In this document: piece after piece, positions 32,834 through 43,680 of the stretch
Layout: the number at the start of each line of letters is the position of its first letter
How positions within the stretch are numbered: the stretch's first letter is position 1
Origin: an uncultured delta proteobacterium
GTDB lineage: Bacteria; Myxococcota_A; Polyangia; Polyangiales; Polyangiaceae
Length of the DNA stretch: 64,000 bases
NCBI GenBank assembly: GCA_963696385.1
Contig: CAVOKF010000003.1
Coordinates: 416,001 to 480,000 of the forward strand
Direction of reading: 5' to 3'
The notes under the pieces: generated by a model
What the model was told of the DNA's origin: nothing
The model's input: only the letters and a program-made list of their open reading frames with translations
The model's database searches: none
Position numbers and translations under genes: made by a program

Positions 32834-33937
32834 TTACGCCGCTCGCTTGACCCACTCTCGTTCGCCCAAGATGCGGCCGACCGTATCGGCGTCGGCGATG
32901 GCCGCGAATACGGGGCGTAATCCCTCGACGGCGGTCTCCTCGCTGCCGAACGCGCCGCTCGGCGCCAGGGCCCTCGCCTGGGGTCCGTCGAGCACGAGAA
33001 ACACGTCGTGCAACTTCTTCGAGGGTGCGTCGATGACGTACGCGATGTGTGAGCGATCGAGCGATAGCTCCTCTTCGCCGCGCCGGATGAGGACGCGGGC
33101 ATCGGTGACGAAGTACCGCGTTTGACGCGCGAGACGCATCGGGCGCAGGAAAGCGGCATCGGCAACGCCCGCTGCGACCGTCAGCAGCAGCAGCATACCG
33201 AGCCCCACACCAGCGACCAAGACTACGGCCATTGCCGGGCTCAATGTGTGCAGACGAAGCACGCGGGCCAACGAAGGGACGCCGCGGAGCATCGAGCGGA
33301 CGAACATGAGAAGCAAGAAGGCGCCGATTGCCCCCGTGGCCGCCCGCCGACCGGTCCACGGCGACGCGAGAGGGGCGGCCGACCAAAGGACTCGCTCCCC
33401 GGGATCCAGGCGCTGCGCGAGGGGTCGCTCGCCACTTCCGAGCGGGGCGCTCGGCTCGACGCCTCGGATCAATGCCCACAGCCGGTCGGGGGCGGAAACG
33501 TCGTGGAGCGTCAACGACAGCGTTCGACGCAGTGCCCCGGTCGGAACGGCGCGGACGAGCACGAGGTCGCCGAGTGAAGGATCCCCCGTGTTCCAGCGCG
33601 TCAGAGCATAACTGATTTGCCGGCTCTCGATCGATCGGCGGATGCGGCCGCGCTGCCAAATTACGTGGCGCTCGGTCACTACGTACTCCACTTGGGATCG
33701 CCACCATACGGGGACGCGCCAGATCGCGAGCCCGATTCCGGCGCACCAAGCGGCAAAAACCACCATTCCCCCTACCGGTAGCTCGAGCGACTTCGAGACC
33801 ACGACGGCGTAGCAAAGAGTGACCGCCGCGACGACCGCAGATCCGGCCGCCATCGCTTTCTGTGCAAAAGGGACCGATAGCCCCTGGCAGCGCCCTTGCC
33901 AGAGGATGCGCTCGCCGTAGAGCGAGTCTCGAGACAT
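32834..33937 (-). CDS. Membrane protein with two bacterial PH-like repeats
   Basis: Two repeats of GER(I/V)LW...2TM...Y(V/F)VT(E/D). Confidence 0.65.
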   Translation of the reverse strand: MSRDSLYGERILWQGRCQGLSVPFAQKAMAAGSAVVAAVTLCYAVVVSKSLELPVGGMVVFAAWCAGIGLAIWRVPVWWRSQVEYVVTERHVIWQRGRIRRSIESRQISYALTRWNTGDPSLGDLVLVRAVPTGALRRTLSLTLHDVSAPDRLWALIRGVEPSAPLGSGERPLAQRLDPGERVLWSAAPLASPWTGRRAATGAIGAFLLLMFVRSMLRGVPSLARVLRLHTLSPAMAVVLVAGVGLGMLLLLTVAAGVADAAFLRPMRLARQTRYFVTDARVLIRRGEEELSLDRSHIAYVIDAPSKKLHDVFLVLDGPQARALAPSGAFGSEETAVEGLRPVFAAIADADTVGRILGEREWVKRAA

Positions 33938-33994
33938 CAAGAGAAACCTTGCGCTTCGCACCGCCGCCTGTCCAGGGGACGCGTGCAGTTCCAG

Positions 33995-34984
33995 TCAGCT
34001 TGGAAGAGGGCGGGCCGGGAACCGCTCTCTCGCGCCCCGGGCATAGGCCCGTTTGACCAGCGCGTCGCATAGCCGCGGCATGGCCCAGCCTGCGGCCGCA
34101 CCGGCTTCAGGGAACAGGCTCGTAGGTGTCATTCCTGGCAGGGTGTTGACCTCCAGGAGGGTGACCGCAGCGGATGCACCATCGTCGCCGACGATGAAAT
34201 CGACCCGCGATAGGTCCCTGCAGCCGAGCTCGCGATGGGCCTCGATGGCGACCTGGCGAACGGCCTCGAGAACGTCGGGCGGCAGTTGCGCCGGGCAGAC
34301 ATGCACGCTTCGCCCCGGCGCGTAGCGCGCCTCGTACGTGTAGAACGCCTCGCCGGGAGAGAGGATCTCCGTCGGCGGCAAGGCCATTGGCTCGCCCAGG
34401 TCGAGAACCCCGCAGGTCACTTCTCGGCCGCGCGCGAAGTGCTCGACCACGGCAACATCGTCGATGGCCCACGCTTGCTCGATCGCGCTGGCGAGATCCT
34501 CGAGCGGGGACGCAGCCTCGAGCCGCGTGACGCCAATCGCTGATCCGTGCGACGACGGTTTGACGACCAGCCGCGCACCGACCTCACGACGGGCCCGCGC
34601 GGCTGCGGCACGCGCGTCGCCCCGCGATACGGCAATTCCCCGCGCGGCGGGAAGGCCCGCCCGCTCGAACAGGACTCGCGCCACGTGCTTGTGCATGGCG
34701 AGCGCGCTCGCAAGGACACCCGATCCGACGTAGGGCAGGTCGAGCACCTCGATGAGTCCTTGAACGGCGCCATCCTCGCCGACATGGCCATGAGCGACCG
34801 GGAAGACGACGTCATAGCCACCCGTGCGGAGCGATTCACCGAGAAATGCGTCCAGCTCCAGTCGCACCGCTCGATGTCCGGCCTCCACGAGCGCCCGCGC
34901 GACCCCGGTCGCAGACGCACGGCTGACTTCGGCCTCCGTGGACGGCCCGCCTTGAATGACGGCGACGGTCAGACTCTTGGGCAC
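33995..34984 (-). CDS. ddl: D-alanine--D-alanine ligase
   Basis: GGPSTEAEVS, HGHVGEDG, PYVGSG, RVDF, LEVNTLPGMTPTSLFP. Confidence 0.95.
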   Translation of the reverse strand: MPKSLTVAVIQGGPSTEAEVSRASATGVARALVEAGHRAVRLELDAFLGESLRTGGYDVVFPVAHGHVGEDGAVQGLIEVLDLPYVGSGVLASALAMHKHVARVLFERAGLPAARGIAVSRGDARAAAARARREVGARLVVKPSSHGSAIGVTRLEAASPLEDLASAIEQAWAIDDVAVVEHFARGREVTCGVLDLGEPMALPPTEILSPGEAFYTYEARYAPGRSVHVCPAQLPPDVLEAVRQVAIEAHRELGCRDLSRVDFIVGDDGASAAVTLLEVNTLPGMTPTSLFPEAGAAAGWAMPRLCDALVKRAYARGARERFPARPLPS

Positions 34985-35019
34985 GCGCGGCTCCTCGTGG
35001 TGGCTTGGTGGCCGACCGC

Positions 35020-35487
35020 TCACTGCGGCCGACTGCCGCCCGACGTCGTCCTGGGCTTCAGCGCGGCCGACATGTCCACGAGCTCGATGCCCAGCTGCTT
35101 GCTGAAGTCGAAGATCCTCGGATCGCGATAAAACTCTCCGAAGTGCACGCGGACAATCCCCGCGTTGGCGATGAGCCGAAAGCATCCCCAACACGGGCTC
35201 GCCGTGACGTACATCGAAGCCCCCTCAATGCGCACTCCATGGCGCGCAGCCTGGACGATCGCGTTCGCCTCGGCGTGCACCGTGCGAACGCAATGCCCGT
35301 CCTCCATCAGGTGGCCGTCGTCGTCGCAGTGGGCAAGACCCCGGATGCTGCCGTTGTAGCCCGTCGCGAGAATGCTCTTGTCGCGGACGATGACAGCCCC
35401 GACAAACTTGCGATCGCAGGTCGAGCGGGTGGACACCTCGTGCGCGATGTTCATGAAATACTCGTTCCACGAGGCGCGCTCGCGCAT
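35020..35487 (-). CDS. dCMP deaminase family protein (ComEB-like)
   Basis: RSTC, GYNG, HAEANA, PCWGC. Confidence 0.93.
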   Translation of the reverse strand: MRERASWNEYFMNIAHEVSTRSTCDRKFVGAVIVRDKSILATGYNGSIRGLAHCDDDGHLMEDGHCVRTVHAEANAIVQAARHGVRIEGASMYVTASPCWGCFRLIANAGIVRVHFGEFYRDPRIFDFSKQLGIELVDMSAALKPRTTSGGSRPQ

Positions 35488-35748
35488 GGCCAACGGTACC
35501 ACGAAAGACGCCTGCTTGGACCGCTCCGAGGAACGCGAAGTCGCGCCCCCCTGGCGCGGTTCCGACCCGGATCTCTCATCCCCCAGCCAACATGGCGTCC
35601 AGCAAGTCATGCACTCGACTCCGGGCGCGCTCCTCGCGTCGCGACGCGACGCGGTTGCGGCCCGAGCCGATCCCTCGTCCGCCGACACCGCGCACTGCGC
35701 TCCCCGAAGTAGATCCCTCCCTGAGCCTGGCGTAAAGAGCGGGACGCG

Positions 35749-36270
35749 ATGTCTCGGAAGCCTCTCCATGCCGCCGTCGTTGCGTTCGTCATCTCGCTAG
35801 CCCTCGTGATTTCGCTTCCTCTTCGAGCCGACGGAGATCCCCAAGCCCTTATCCACGGGCTCGAACACGATGTCGCGCATCGTTGCGTCACGGCCGAAGC
35901 CCTTTCGAACGCGCGCGACGCGCTCGAGCGGGCGCGTCGCTTCCGCGACCTCCACGACGACCCGCGCGCGCGGAACGCCGAGGCCCTGGCCCGCGAATGG
36001 GCCGAGGTTGGCCGAGACCTGGCTCGCGCCGTCGACGCTGAGGGACACGCCGCGCAAATACGGCGCCGAGCGATGGAGAGCCAAGCTCGACTCGAGCGTA
36101 CCCGAGCGCTCGTCGATGAAGCCGTGGCGCGCATCGGACGGCTGCAGGCCGAGATCGCGGAAACTCAGGGACCCAACGACCGTGCGATCGCTGCCGCAGG
36201 GGCCGACGGCGGCGTCGCGTCCCCGCCGCCCCCGATCCCCCAGCCAACCCCGGAGATCAAGAAGCCGTGA
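35749..36270 (+). CDS. Secreted helical hypothetical protein
   Basis: Signal peptide and coiled coil; GTGA overlap with the next gene. Confidence 0.6.
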   Translation: MSRKPLHAAVVAFVISLALVISLPLRADGDPQALIHGLEHDVAHRCVTAEALSNARDALERARRFRDLHDDPRARNAEALAREWAEVGRDLARAVDAEGHAAQIRRRAMESQARLERTRALVDEAVARIGRLQAEIAETQGPNDRAIAAAGADGGVASPPPPIPQPTPEIKKP

Positions 36271-37361
36271 GGGGCCTCGTCGCGGTGGCGATCGCGGCGA
36301 GCGGCGCAGTCGCCTGCGGCGCGCCGGCGATACGCGTCCCCTCGGTCGACGACCTCGATCGCGTGCGCACGACGGAAACGATGCGGGAGGCGGCAGCGCT
36401 CGCCCCGGACCTCTACGCCCGCGCCGAATTCGAGCGCCAGTTGGCCCGGCACGCCCACGCGACCGGGGACGACATCGACGCGAACCTGCACGCCGAGGAT
36501 GCGCTGGCCGCTTACACGCACGCCTTCGCGGTCGCTCGCATTTCGCGGGCTGCCGCCGAGCTGGCGGACGCCCAGAAGGCGCTCGACGCGGCAACCGGAG
36601 AGGAGCCCTCGCTCGACGCCGCGCGCGCGAAGCTCGAGAGCGACGCCGAGCAGCTCGAGAAACGGGTCCAAGCGATCCGCGACCGTCCCCTCGGGACGCC
36701 CAACGGCAAAGATTCCGCCGAGCGCGAGGCCGCGCGATGGGCGCAAGCCCGATCGCTGGTCGTCGAAGCGCGGCTCATCTGCGACGCCGCGCGCCTGATC
36801 GCATCCGGGCAAGACGATGTCGTCGGCGCACAGCGCGACGTGGCCGCGCAGGCCAAGCGGATTGCCGAAGCGCCGCGATCGGTGCCGATCGACCTTGCCG
36901 CGCATCTCCGCGCCCGATGTCTCGACGTTCTCACTCGCGTGCGCCGAACGACCGTCGACGCCGTCGGGCGAACCGACACTCTTCTGTCCGACCTTTCCGC
37001 GAGCGGAGGCTGGGATCCCGCACGAGACGAGCGCGGCGTCATCATCACGTTGCGCGACGCTTACCGTGGGCTGCAGTTGAACGAGGCCGCCGCCGGAAGA
37101 CTACACGAGCTGGGGCGGATCGCAGCGGCTCACCCTGCGTTCGCGATCCAGGTCGTCGTTCACGACGCTTCGGCGCCGCGCACGGACGCGGGCGACTTGC
37201 GGCGCGGCCAAGCGGCGGTTCAGGCCCTGCTGTCGGGCGGAGCCGTCCCGTCGAGAGTGCAAACCGAGCTCGCACACGCCGACGACCCCATCGCCGATCC
37301 CGGCGATCCGCGTCAGCGGGGGTATAATGAACGGCTCGACGTCGTTTTCGTGGGCCCGTGA
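36267..37361 (+). CDS. Lipoprotein with coiled coil and OmpA-like C-terminal domain
   Basis: Lipobox AVAC; RDERGVIITL...YNERLDVVF. Confidence 0.65.
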   Translation: MRGLVAVAIAASGAVACGAPAIRVPSVDDLDRVRTTETMREAAALAPDLYARAEFERQLARHAHATGDDIDANLHAEDALAAYTHAFAVARISRAAAELADAQKALDAATGEEPSLDAARAKLESDAEQLEKRVQAIRDRPLGTPNGKDSAEREAARWAQARSLVVEARLICDAARLIASGQDDVVGAQRDVAAQAKRIAEAPRSVPIDLAAHLRARCLDVLTRVRRTTVDAVGRTDTLLSDLSASGGWDPARDERGVIITLRDAYRGLQLNEAAAGRLHELGRIAAAHPAFAIQVVVHDASAPRTDAGDLRRGQAAVQALLSGGAVPSRVQTELAHADDPIADPGDPRQRGYNERLDVVFVGP

Positions 37362-37474
37362 CACGCGATCTCTTGGTCCTACCTTGAGACAGGGCCGAGC
37401 CGACGAAATCCGGGGGTCGATGAGTCTTGGTCCGATCGTCCACCGGCGCCGGTGGGACGGCGGACCGACACGGC

Positions 37475-38191
37475 CTAAAGGCTCGACGTCGCGGGCTCCA
37501 TCACGAGCTTGTAGCCCAAACCGTAGACGGTCAGAATGTGCTGCGGCTTATCCGGGCTTGTTTCGATCTTCTTTCGGAGTTTCACGATGAAGTTATCGAC
37601 CGTCCGATTGGTCGACGACGTCTCGAGGCCCCAGATCTTCGAGAGCATTTCGTCGCGGCTCACGGGCTGTCCCGCACGCTCCGCGAGCATGCGGAGCAGT
37701 TCGACTTCGTAGAACGACAGCGTGTGCTCGCGGCCGCGCGACGTGAGGGTCTGCGACGCGAGGTGGACGAGCGAATGGCCGATCGTGAGCGTCTCGGGCA
37801 CGTTCGCCGCAGCGCGAGAAGCGCGGCGGAAGATGGCCCGCATCCGCGCGATGAGCTCGTTCACGCTGAACGGCTTGGTGACGTAGTCGTCGGCGCCCGA
37901 GTCGAGGCCGCGAATCTTATCCATTTCCTGCGACCGAGCGGTCAGCATGACGATGGGCACGTGCGGGCGAATGCGCCGGAGCTGCTCGCAGACCGCGTAC
38001 CCGTTCAAGTCGGGGAGCATCAAATCCAAAATCACGGCATCCGGCGCTTCCGTGCGCGCGAGCGATACCCCCTCGTGCCCCTTGCCTGCCGAGATGACCC
38101 GAAAGCCCTCGAACTCGAGGGCGTCACGCAGCCCCAGAACGATGTGCGGCTCGTCGTCGACGACGAGGATGGTCTTCTTCGCCGTCGTCAT
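37475..38191 (-). CDS. OmpR-family response regulator
   Basis: REC plus winged helix (RTVDNFIVKLRKKIE...TVYGLGY). Confidence 0.95.
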   Translation of the reverse strand: MTTAKKTILVVDDEPHIVLGLRDALEFEGFRVISAGKGHEGVSLARTEAPDAVILDLMLPDLNGYAVCEQLRRIRPHVPIVMLTARSQEMDKIRGLDSGADDYVTKPFSVNELIARMRAIFRRASRAAANVPETLTIGHSLVHLASQTLTSRGREHTLSFYEVELLRMLAERAGQPVSRDEMLSKIWGLETSSTNRTVDNFIVKLRKKIETSPDKPQHILTVYGLGYKLVMEPATSSL

Positions 38192-38262
38192 CCGTTGGGA
38201 GCTTACCTATACCTCACCCGGACAGCGGACGTGACGTCCAGCCACGGCCGTTCGGTGCAGCG

Positions 38263-40881
38263 TCAGTGTCCCGCGCCGGCCGTGGTGATGCTCTGCTCGA
38301 TGCACTGCAAGCTCGCCGTCGCACCCTGGGGCGGCGATCCGGTCGGGAAAATAATGGCCTGCGCACACCCTTTGACGCCGGTGACGTAGCACCAGCCCGG
38401 ATCGGTCGTCTCCGACTCGCAGGACCCGTTCGTGAAGTCGGCGCCGCTCGCCAAGACGCCGGGCGACGACGTGCCGGTCGGGATGAGTTGCTGAAGAACA
38501 CAGACCGACTGTGCGGCCGGATCCTGCACCCCGGACTTTTTGCCGCCGTTGGCCATGTACGTGGCCTCGGCCGTTGCGCAGAACTTGGTGAGAACGGCGG
38601 ACTCCGGCACGCTCAGGCCGCCGGCCGTGCACGTCGGATTCAGACACGTGCCGTCGTTGTTCGAGGGCATCTGGACGAGAATCAAGCACGGAACGGCCGC
38701 CGATCCCCCAGTCCCGGCGGCGAGCGGCTCGGGCAAGCACTGATTCGTCAGGGCATTCTTCAGCCGGTTGATGATCGTCGCGACCGCGGGCCGATAGCCG
38801 TAGTTGGGATCATCGCCCGTCATGTTGTCCGCCACGTCGATGGGGCAGAGCGACGAGACGATCCCTTGATTGCCCAGCAGGCGCGCCACCTGAAGCTCGC
38901 GGATCGTAGGATAGGCCTTCGCCGACACTTGCTGGGTCGGAGTCTGCGCGTTGCATAGCGGAGGAACTTCATCGGGGGTGAGACCGGTGGCAACACCCGG
39001 ACAGTCGCACTGGTAGTTGTTCTGGGTCTGCGTGCAGTCGCGTGGGGTCGCGAGCGGGAAGATGCACGCGTATTCCCGGTCGACCGCCAACACGTGCGGC
39101 GCGTAGGGCGTCATGCTCGTCGCGACGTACGGCATATTGGTCGTCCATTCGCGGCCATTCGTCGCGTCCGTTCCGTTCGCCGAGTTCGCCGCCGCAAGAG
39201 GATTGGTGCCCCCGGAATCGAAGGTCACGCCCGTGATGGTGGTTCGATCCACGTACGATTCGTACATGTGCGGATCGATCCCGTTGTAGTCGAAATTCGA
39301 CGGATCGTTGGACGGCGTGCTGATGGTGACAGTCGCGGGGCCTTGGCCGAGAATCCTCACCCAGTCGTTCTGGTTCAGCTGGCTATTTTGCGCGCTGTTC
39401 GGATCAAAATGCAGGAGTTTGTTCGGAACACCGCCGATGATCGCGTAGAAGATGAGGTCCGACGTGCGCGTCCCGACCTGGAGATTGCACAGGGTGGACG
39501 CCGAGATGTTCCCCGTGAGGGTCGCGCCGCTCGGAAGACTCGCCGCGAAGAGCGGGTTGGTGCAGTCGTTGGTGCCCACGTAGTAGTTCGCTCCTGCCGG
39601 ATACTCCCCCGCGCGATCCGGAACGACCGGCGACGACAGCCCGATGACGTACCGCTGCCACGGATACTGCGGGTCGATGCCGTACTTCGCCCGCATGTGC
39701 ACGTGCCGAAGGTTCGGGTCGTAGCCCCAATCGTTGAGCGCCGTGTACCGGGTCCCGGTATTTCCTTGCGTCGTGCATTTCGGATCGGACGGGCCGGTTC
39801 CCCCGTTGCCCCCCGTGCACTCGGGCGTGCCCATCGGCGGGTCGAAGCCCGCCCCCATGAAGAGGTAGCCGGCCCCGCCGAGCGACCGAACGTCAATCTC
39901 CGAGTCGTTCTCGTCGCTGAGGACAATCACGGCCACAAGCGAGTCCGGACGCAGAAAGTCGGCCCGCTCTTGCAAAATCGTCGTGTCGACCCCGCTCCAC
40001 TGGGCTTGATCGTTGCCCGTGCCGCCGACGACTAGGCTCGCATACGGGTCCGGCTGAACGAGGAAGCGATACCAGCTCTCGAGCTGCGATTCGATGCCGC
40101 AGCCGTAGATGCCGGCGCCCTGCACCATCTCCGTGAAGTCGCCGACCAAGGTGCCAGGCATGCCCGGCATGCCCTGCGAGGGCTCCGGCATCAATCCGGT
40201 AGGAAGGGGGTTGGCCACTCCCATGTTCGCGGCGGTCTGCGGAAACCAGTCGAGAAACCCGCTCGGCGAAGGCATGTACGACGCCACGACCGCGTTGGCG
40301 ACACTGCCTTCGGTGGCCGTGGCCATCCCGGCACCGTAGGTCAGTGAACGCGCGATGAGGTGCCCTTGGTCGTCGTTGTGGGCGGAGAGGTTTTGAAAGG
40401 GCGCCGATGCCATGAGGCTCGCCTGGCAGATGATCTCACCGCCTTGGCCCGGCTGCTGGTCGCTCAGCCGCTGGCCCAACGACGATGTCACAATGCCGAG
40501 GTGCAGGTTATGCACCGCCGGAAATTCGGGCTGGGTGTTCGGGTACATCGCGCAACTCGCCACGCCGTTGGCAATCGTCGAAGGCCCGGAGGAGATCGTC
40601 CCGGTCGCGTTATCGACGCAATTGGGCGTCAACAGGCGACTGATGAGGTCGGGAATGGCTTGAGCCAGATAGGTCTGCTTGTCGCCCATCGACGCCGAAT
40701 TATCGATGTCGAAGAGGATGTCGATCTTGTCGACGCTCTGATTGCGAACCGTGCTCGTGAAGTTGGTGCTCGTCTGCGGCTCGGACGTCGCCACCGGCCG
40801 CGACAGACAGCCCCCGGCCACGATGCCGAAGCCGGCGACAAACAACGCGGCGAGCGCACCATGCCTGATCATTGCATTCAT
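38263..40881 (-). CDS. Large Cys-rich lipoprotein with VWA-like motif (Polyangiaceae-type)
   Basis: GAGGAG RBS; lipobox GGC; KIDILFDIDNSASM; GCGIESQLESWYRFL; FLRPDSL...SDEND. Confidence 0.7.
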   Translation of the reverse strand: MNAMIRHGALAALFVAGFGIVAGGCLSRPVATSEPQTSTNFTSTVRNQSVDKIDILFDIDNSASMGDKQTYLAQAIPDLISRLLTPNCVDNATGTISSGPSTIANGVASCAMYPNTQPEFPAVHNLHLGIVTSSLGQRLSDQQPGQGGEIICQASLMASAPFQNLSAHNDDQGHLIARSLTYGAGMATATEGSVANAVVASYMPSPSGFLDWFPQTAANMGVANPLPTGLMPEPSQGMPGMPGTLVGDFTEMVQGAGIYGCGIESQLESWYRFLVQPDPYASLVVGGTGNDQAQWSGVDTTILQERADFLRPDSLVAVIVLSDENDSEIDVRSLGGAGYLFMGAGFDPPMGTPECTGGNGGTGPSDPKCTTQGNTGTRYTALNDWGYDPNLRHVHMRAKYGIDPQYPWQRYVIGLSSPVVPDRAGEYPAGANYYVGTNDCTNPLFAASLPSGATLTGNISASTLCNLQVGTRTSDLIFYAIIGGVPNKLLHFDPNSAQNSQLNQNDWVRILGQGPATVTISTPSNDPSNFDYNGIDPHMYESYVDRTTITGVTFDSGGTNPLAAANSANGTDATNGREWTTNMPYVATSMTPYAPHVLAVDREYACIFPLATPRDCTQTQNNYQCDCPGVATGLTPDEVPPLCNAQTPTQQVSAKAYPTIRELQVARLLGNQGIVSSLCPIDVADNMTGDDPNYGYRPAVATIINRLKNALTNQCLPEPLAAGTGGSAAVPCLILVQMPSNNDGTCLNPTCTAGGLSVPESAVLTKFCATAEATYMANGGKKSGVQDPAAQSVCVLQQLIPTGTSSPGVLASGADFTNGSCESETTDPGWCYVTGVKGCAQAIIFPTGSPPQGATASLQCIEQSITTAGAGH

Positions 40882-41147
40882 GAATCGTTGCTCCTCACAA
40901 GACGACGTTCGCGCGACGACCCGTCGCCGCGCCACTCACTCAATCGCACACGAACCCGCACGCGACGGCTCGGGACAAGCGCGATGCGGTCCGTAAACTA
41001 CCACAGAACCACGCCCGCTTGGGACGAACACCACACCCGTATGAGCCGCAAGCCGACCGCTCGTTGCGACCGCGCGGCCGATCGGGAAGCATGGTTCGTG
41101 CCTCTCTCGGAAGGGCCTCTAAATGAGAGAGAGGCCGCCCCGTGTAG

Positions 41148-43169
41148 TCAACTTCGTTGGCGATTTGGTTCCAGTGTTGGCACGGCTGCGGCGAGCGGCT
41201 CCGGCTTGGGCCATGCCGCCCGGAGGGCCTTCACGTGACGGGCACCGACTCCCGGTACCGCCAGAAGCGTCGCGTCATCGGCCGCGCGGATGGCGGCGAG
41301 GTTGCCGACATGCCGCTGAAGCGACTTTTTCGCTTTGGGGCCCAGGCCTTTCACGTCGTCGAGCGGCGAATGCAGGCGCCGCGCTTTGCCGGCCCGCATC
41401 CGCGCGCGATTCGAGAAGCGGTGGGCTTCGTCGCGCAACCGCGCGAGCAGAAAAAGTGAGGTGGTCGTGCTCTTGAGCGCGATGGGGTTTCGCTGACCGG
41501 GGACGTATACGCGATCGACCAACGTCTCGCCGGCGAGACTCTCCCGCTCTTTGGCGAGCGCAACCATCGCAAGATCGTGAAGGCCGAGGTCGTGCGCCGC
41601 GGCCAGCGCGACCGCCAGATGGCCCCGTCCCCCATCGACGACGAACAGATCCGGCGCGTCCCATCCGGAATCCGACGATCGACGGGTCGGGGCGCCGTTC
41701 GGCTCAAGAATGCGCCGGAAGCGCCGCGCCAGCACTTCGTACATCGAGCCGTAATCGTCGTTCAGATCGGCGGCGCTCTCGCGGCGCGCAACCCCGCGGA
41801 CGTTGAACGAACGGTAGTGCTTCTTGTCGAGTTGCCCGTCGGTCATCGTGACGATCGCTCCCACTGTGTCGCTGCCGCCGAGATGCGAGATGTCGCAGCA
41901 CTCGATTCGCCGCGGAAGGACCGGCAGCCTCAGGCGCTGCTGCAGATCGCGAAGGCGGTCCTGGATGTCATCGGCCTGCCGTTGCTTCTCACCGAACGAA
42001 TGGCGCGCGTTGTCGTTGGCCATCGCGAGTAGGTCGACACGATGGCCCCGCTTCGGCAAGAGAAGCGCGACGCGGTGACCGGCCCTGTCGGCAAGCCATT
42101 CGGCGATGCCCGCCAGGGCTTCGGGCTCGCAGGGTAGGATCACCTCGTCGGGCAGAAGAGCCACCGGAGTGTCGGCCTCACCCTCGTGGCGTGGGCCAAC
42201 GAGCGCGGCCCCGTAATGCTGGGCCAGGAAGGCCGCGATGATCTCGTCGTCCGGGATTTCGGCCTGTTTGATCGAGTAGGTCCCGACGTCGGCAAGCTTG
42301 CCCGCGCGAACGTGCAAAAGCGCGATCTCGACGAGTTCCCCTTCGCGATAGAAGCCGACCACGTCGCGGTCCACGTCGTCGACCGTCACCACGCGCTGCT
42401 CCTCGCGCACCTTCTCGATGGCACGAAGTTGATCTCGATACACGGCGGCCAGCTCGAACCGCATCTCGCGTGCTGCGGCCTTCATCTTCGCGTCGAGCTC
42501 ACGCGATAGCTCGTCGTGCCGGCCCTCGAGAAACTTGGCGACGGCATCCGCCTGCTCCGCATACCAGGCGGAATCGACCGGTAAGACGCATGGAGCCGGG
42601 CACCGCTTGATCTGAAACTGCAGGCAAGGGCGCTTTCGGCTCGCGAACTCGACGTCGCTGCACGTCCGAAGCTGGAAGTGCTTGTTCACGAGATGCAAGG
42701 TGCGCCGCGCCGATGTTGCCGAGTGGTACGGGCCGAAATACCGTGCCCCGTCGGGGGTCGGCCTCCGGACCACCTGGAGCCGCGGCCATTCGTCGGCGCG
42801 ACCGACCCCCATCGATTCGGCAGGCGATTTGCGGGGCGCAGAGCCCAGCCGGATGGTGATGAAGTCCTTGTCGTCCCGGAGCTTCACGTTGTAGCGAGGG
42901 CGGTGCTCCTTGATGAGGTTGTTCTCGAGGATCGTGGCTTCTTTTTCGTTGGCCGCAACGATGGTTTCAACGTCGCCGAGCAGGTGATGCAAGAGCGGGA
43001 TGAAGGCGCGGCGATCCCCGGTCGCGTCTTGAAAATAGCTGCGTACGCGCGCCCGCAGGCTCTTGGCCTTCCCGACATAGAGGACGACGCCCTTCTTGTC
43101 CTTGAAGAGGTACACGCCCGGTTGAGCCGGAAGACCGTCGAGTTTTTGAACGACCGCGTCGGGGATCAT
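41148..43169 (-). CDS. uvrC: Excinuclease ABC subunit C
   Basis: GIY-YIG (PGVYLF...YVGKAKSLR), FGPY, FELAAVYRD, ECCDISH, DGGRG, RDEAHRF, HhH. Confidence 0.97.
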   Translation of the reverse strand: MIPDAVVQKLDGLPAQPGVYLFKDKKGVVLYVGKAKSLRARVRSYFQDATGDRRAFIPLLHHLLGDVETIVAANEKEATILENNLIKEHRPRYNVKLRDDKDFITIRLGSAPRKSPAESMGVGRADEWPRLQVVRRPTPDGARYFGPYHSATSARRTLHLVNKHFQLRTCSDVEFASRKRPCLQFQIKRCPAPCVLPVDSAWYAEQADAVAKFLEGRHDELSRELDAKMKAAAREMRFELAAVYRDQLRAIEKVREEQRVVTVDDVDRDVVGFYREGELVEIALLHVRAGKLADVGTYSIKQAEIPDDEIIAAFLAQHYGAALVGPRHEGEADTPVALLPDEVILPCEPEALAGIAEWLADRAGHRVALLLPKRGHRVDLLAMANDNARHSFGEKQRQADDIQDRLRDLQQRLRLPVLPRRIECCDISHLGGSDTVGAIVTMTDGQLDKKHYRSFNVRGVARRESAADLNDDYGSMYEVLARRFRRILEPNGAPTRRSSDSGWDAPDLFVVDGGRGHLAVALAAAHDLGLHDLAMVALAKERESLAGETLVDRVYVPGQRNPIALKSTTTSLFLLARLRDEAHRFSNRARMRAGKARRLHSPLDDVKGLGPKAKKSLQRHVGNLAAIRAADDATLLAVPGVGARHVKALRAAWPKPEPLAAAVPTLEPNRQRS

Positions 43170-43680
43170 CGTCCGCCCCACAAACGTTAAGACCGTACCG
43201 GCTTTCCACGAGCATCGCGGAACCCGGCTTTGGCGAACTCACCGGCTCCGCCCTTAGCCCCATACGGATTGGCAGCCGCGCCGAGAGCCCATTCGAGGTC
43301 GCTATGCAAATCGACATCGACGATCCGGGGTAGCGCTGCTCGCCGCAGCGGGGGGGCTTTCGGCGGCTTCATCCAACGCCCGACCCCGACCCGCTTTGAG
43401 GTTACGTTCGGATCCACCGACGCCCGGAGCTGCTCGAACTGGCGAACCACGAACGCGAGCGGCGCTCGCTGCGGGTAACGGATGCACCCGCCCAACGCGC
43501 ACTGCTCGCTCCGGGATGCGACGGGCAACGCCGTTCTCGAACACTCCCTTTCGATCGGCACCCCGGGGCGCGCACACTGCTGGCCTGCAAGCGCCGAATC
43601 CAAGGGGGCCCCGAATCGCATGGCCTGGCTATTGGGTAAGCGCCGGAGGGCGGGGTCGTCAAACGGTCGTCACGACCGCC

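Noticed and set aside
31157..33165. ORF-track N-terminal extensions of the DUF4175-like gene (to 32452) and the kinase (to 33165)
   Set aside because: They overlap better-supported upstream genes; starts were reassigned to 31156 and 32790.
43187..43621. 144-aa minus-strand ORF between the DUF4390-like gene and uvrC
   Set aside because: No recognisable motif or clear RBS; coding status cannot be supported.
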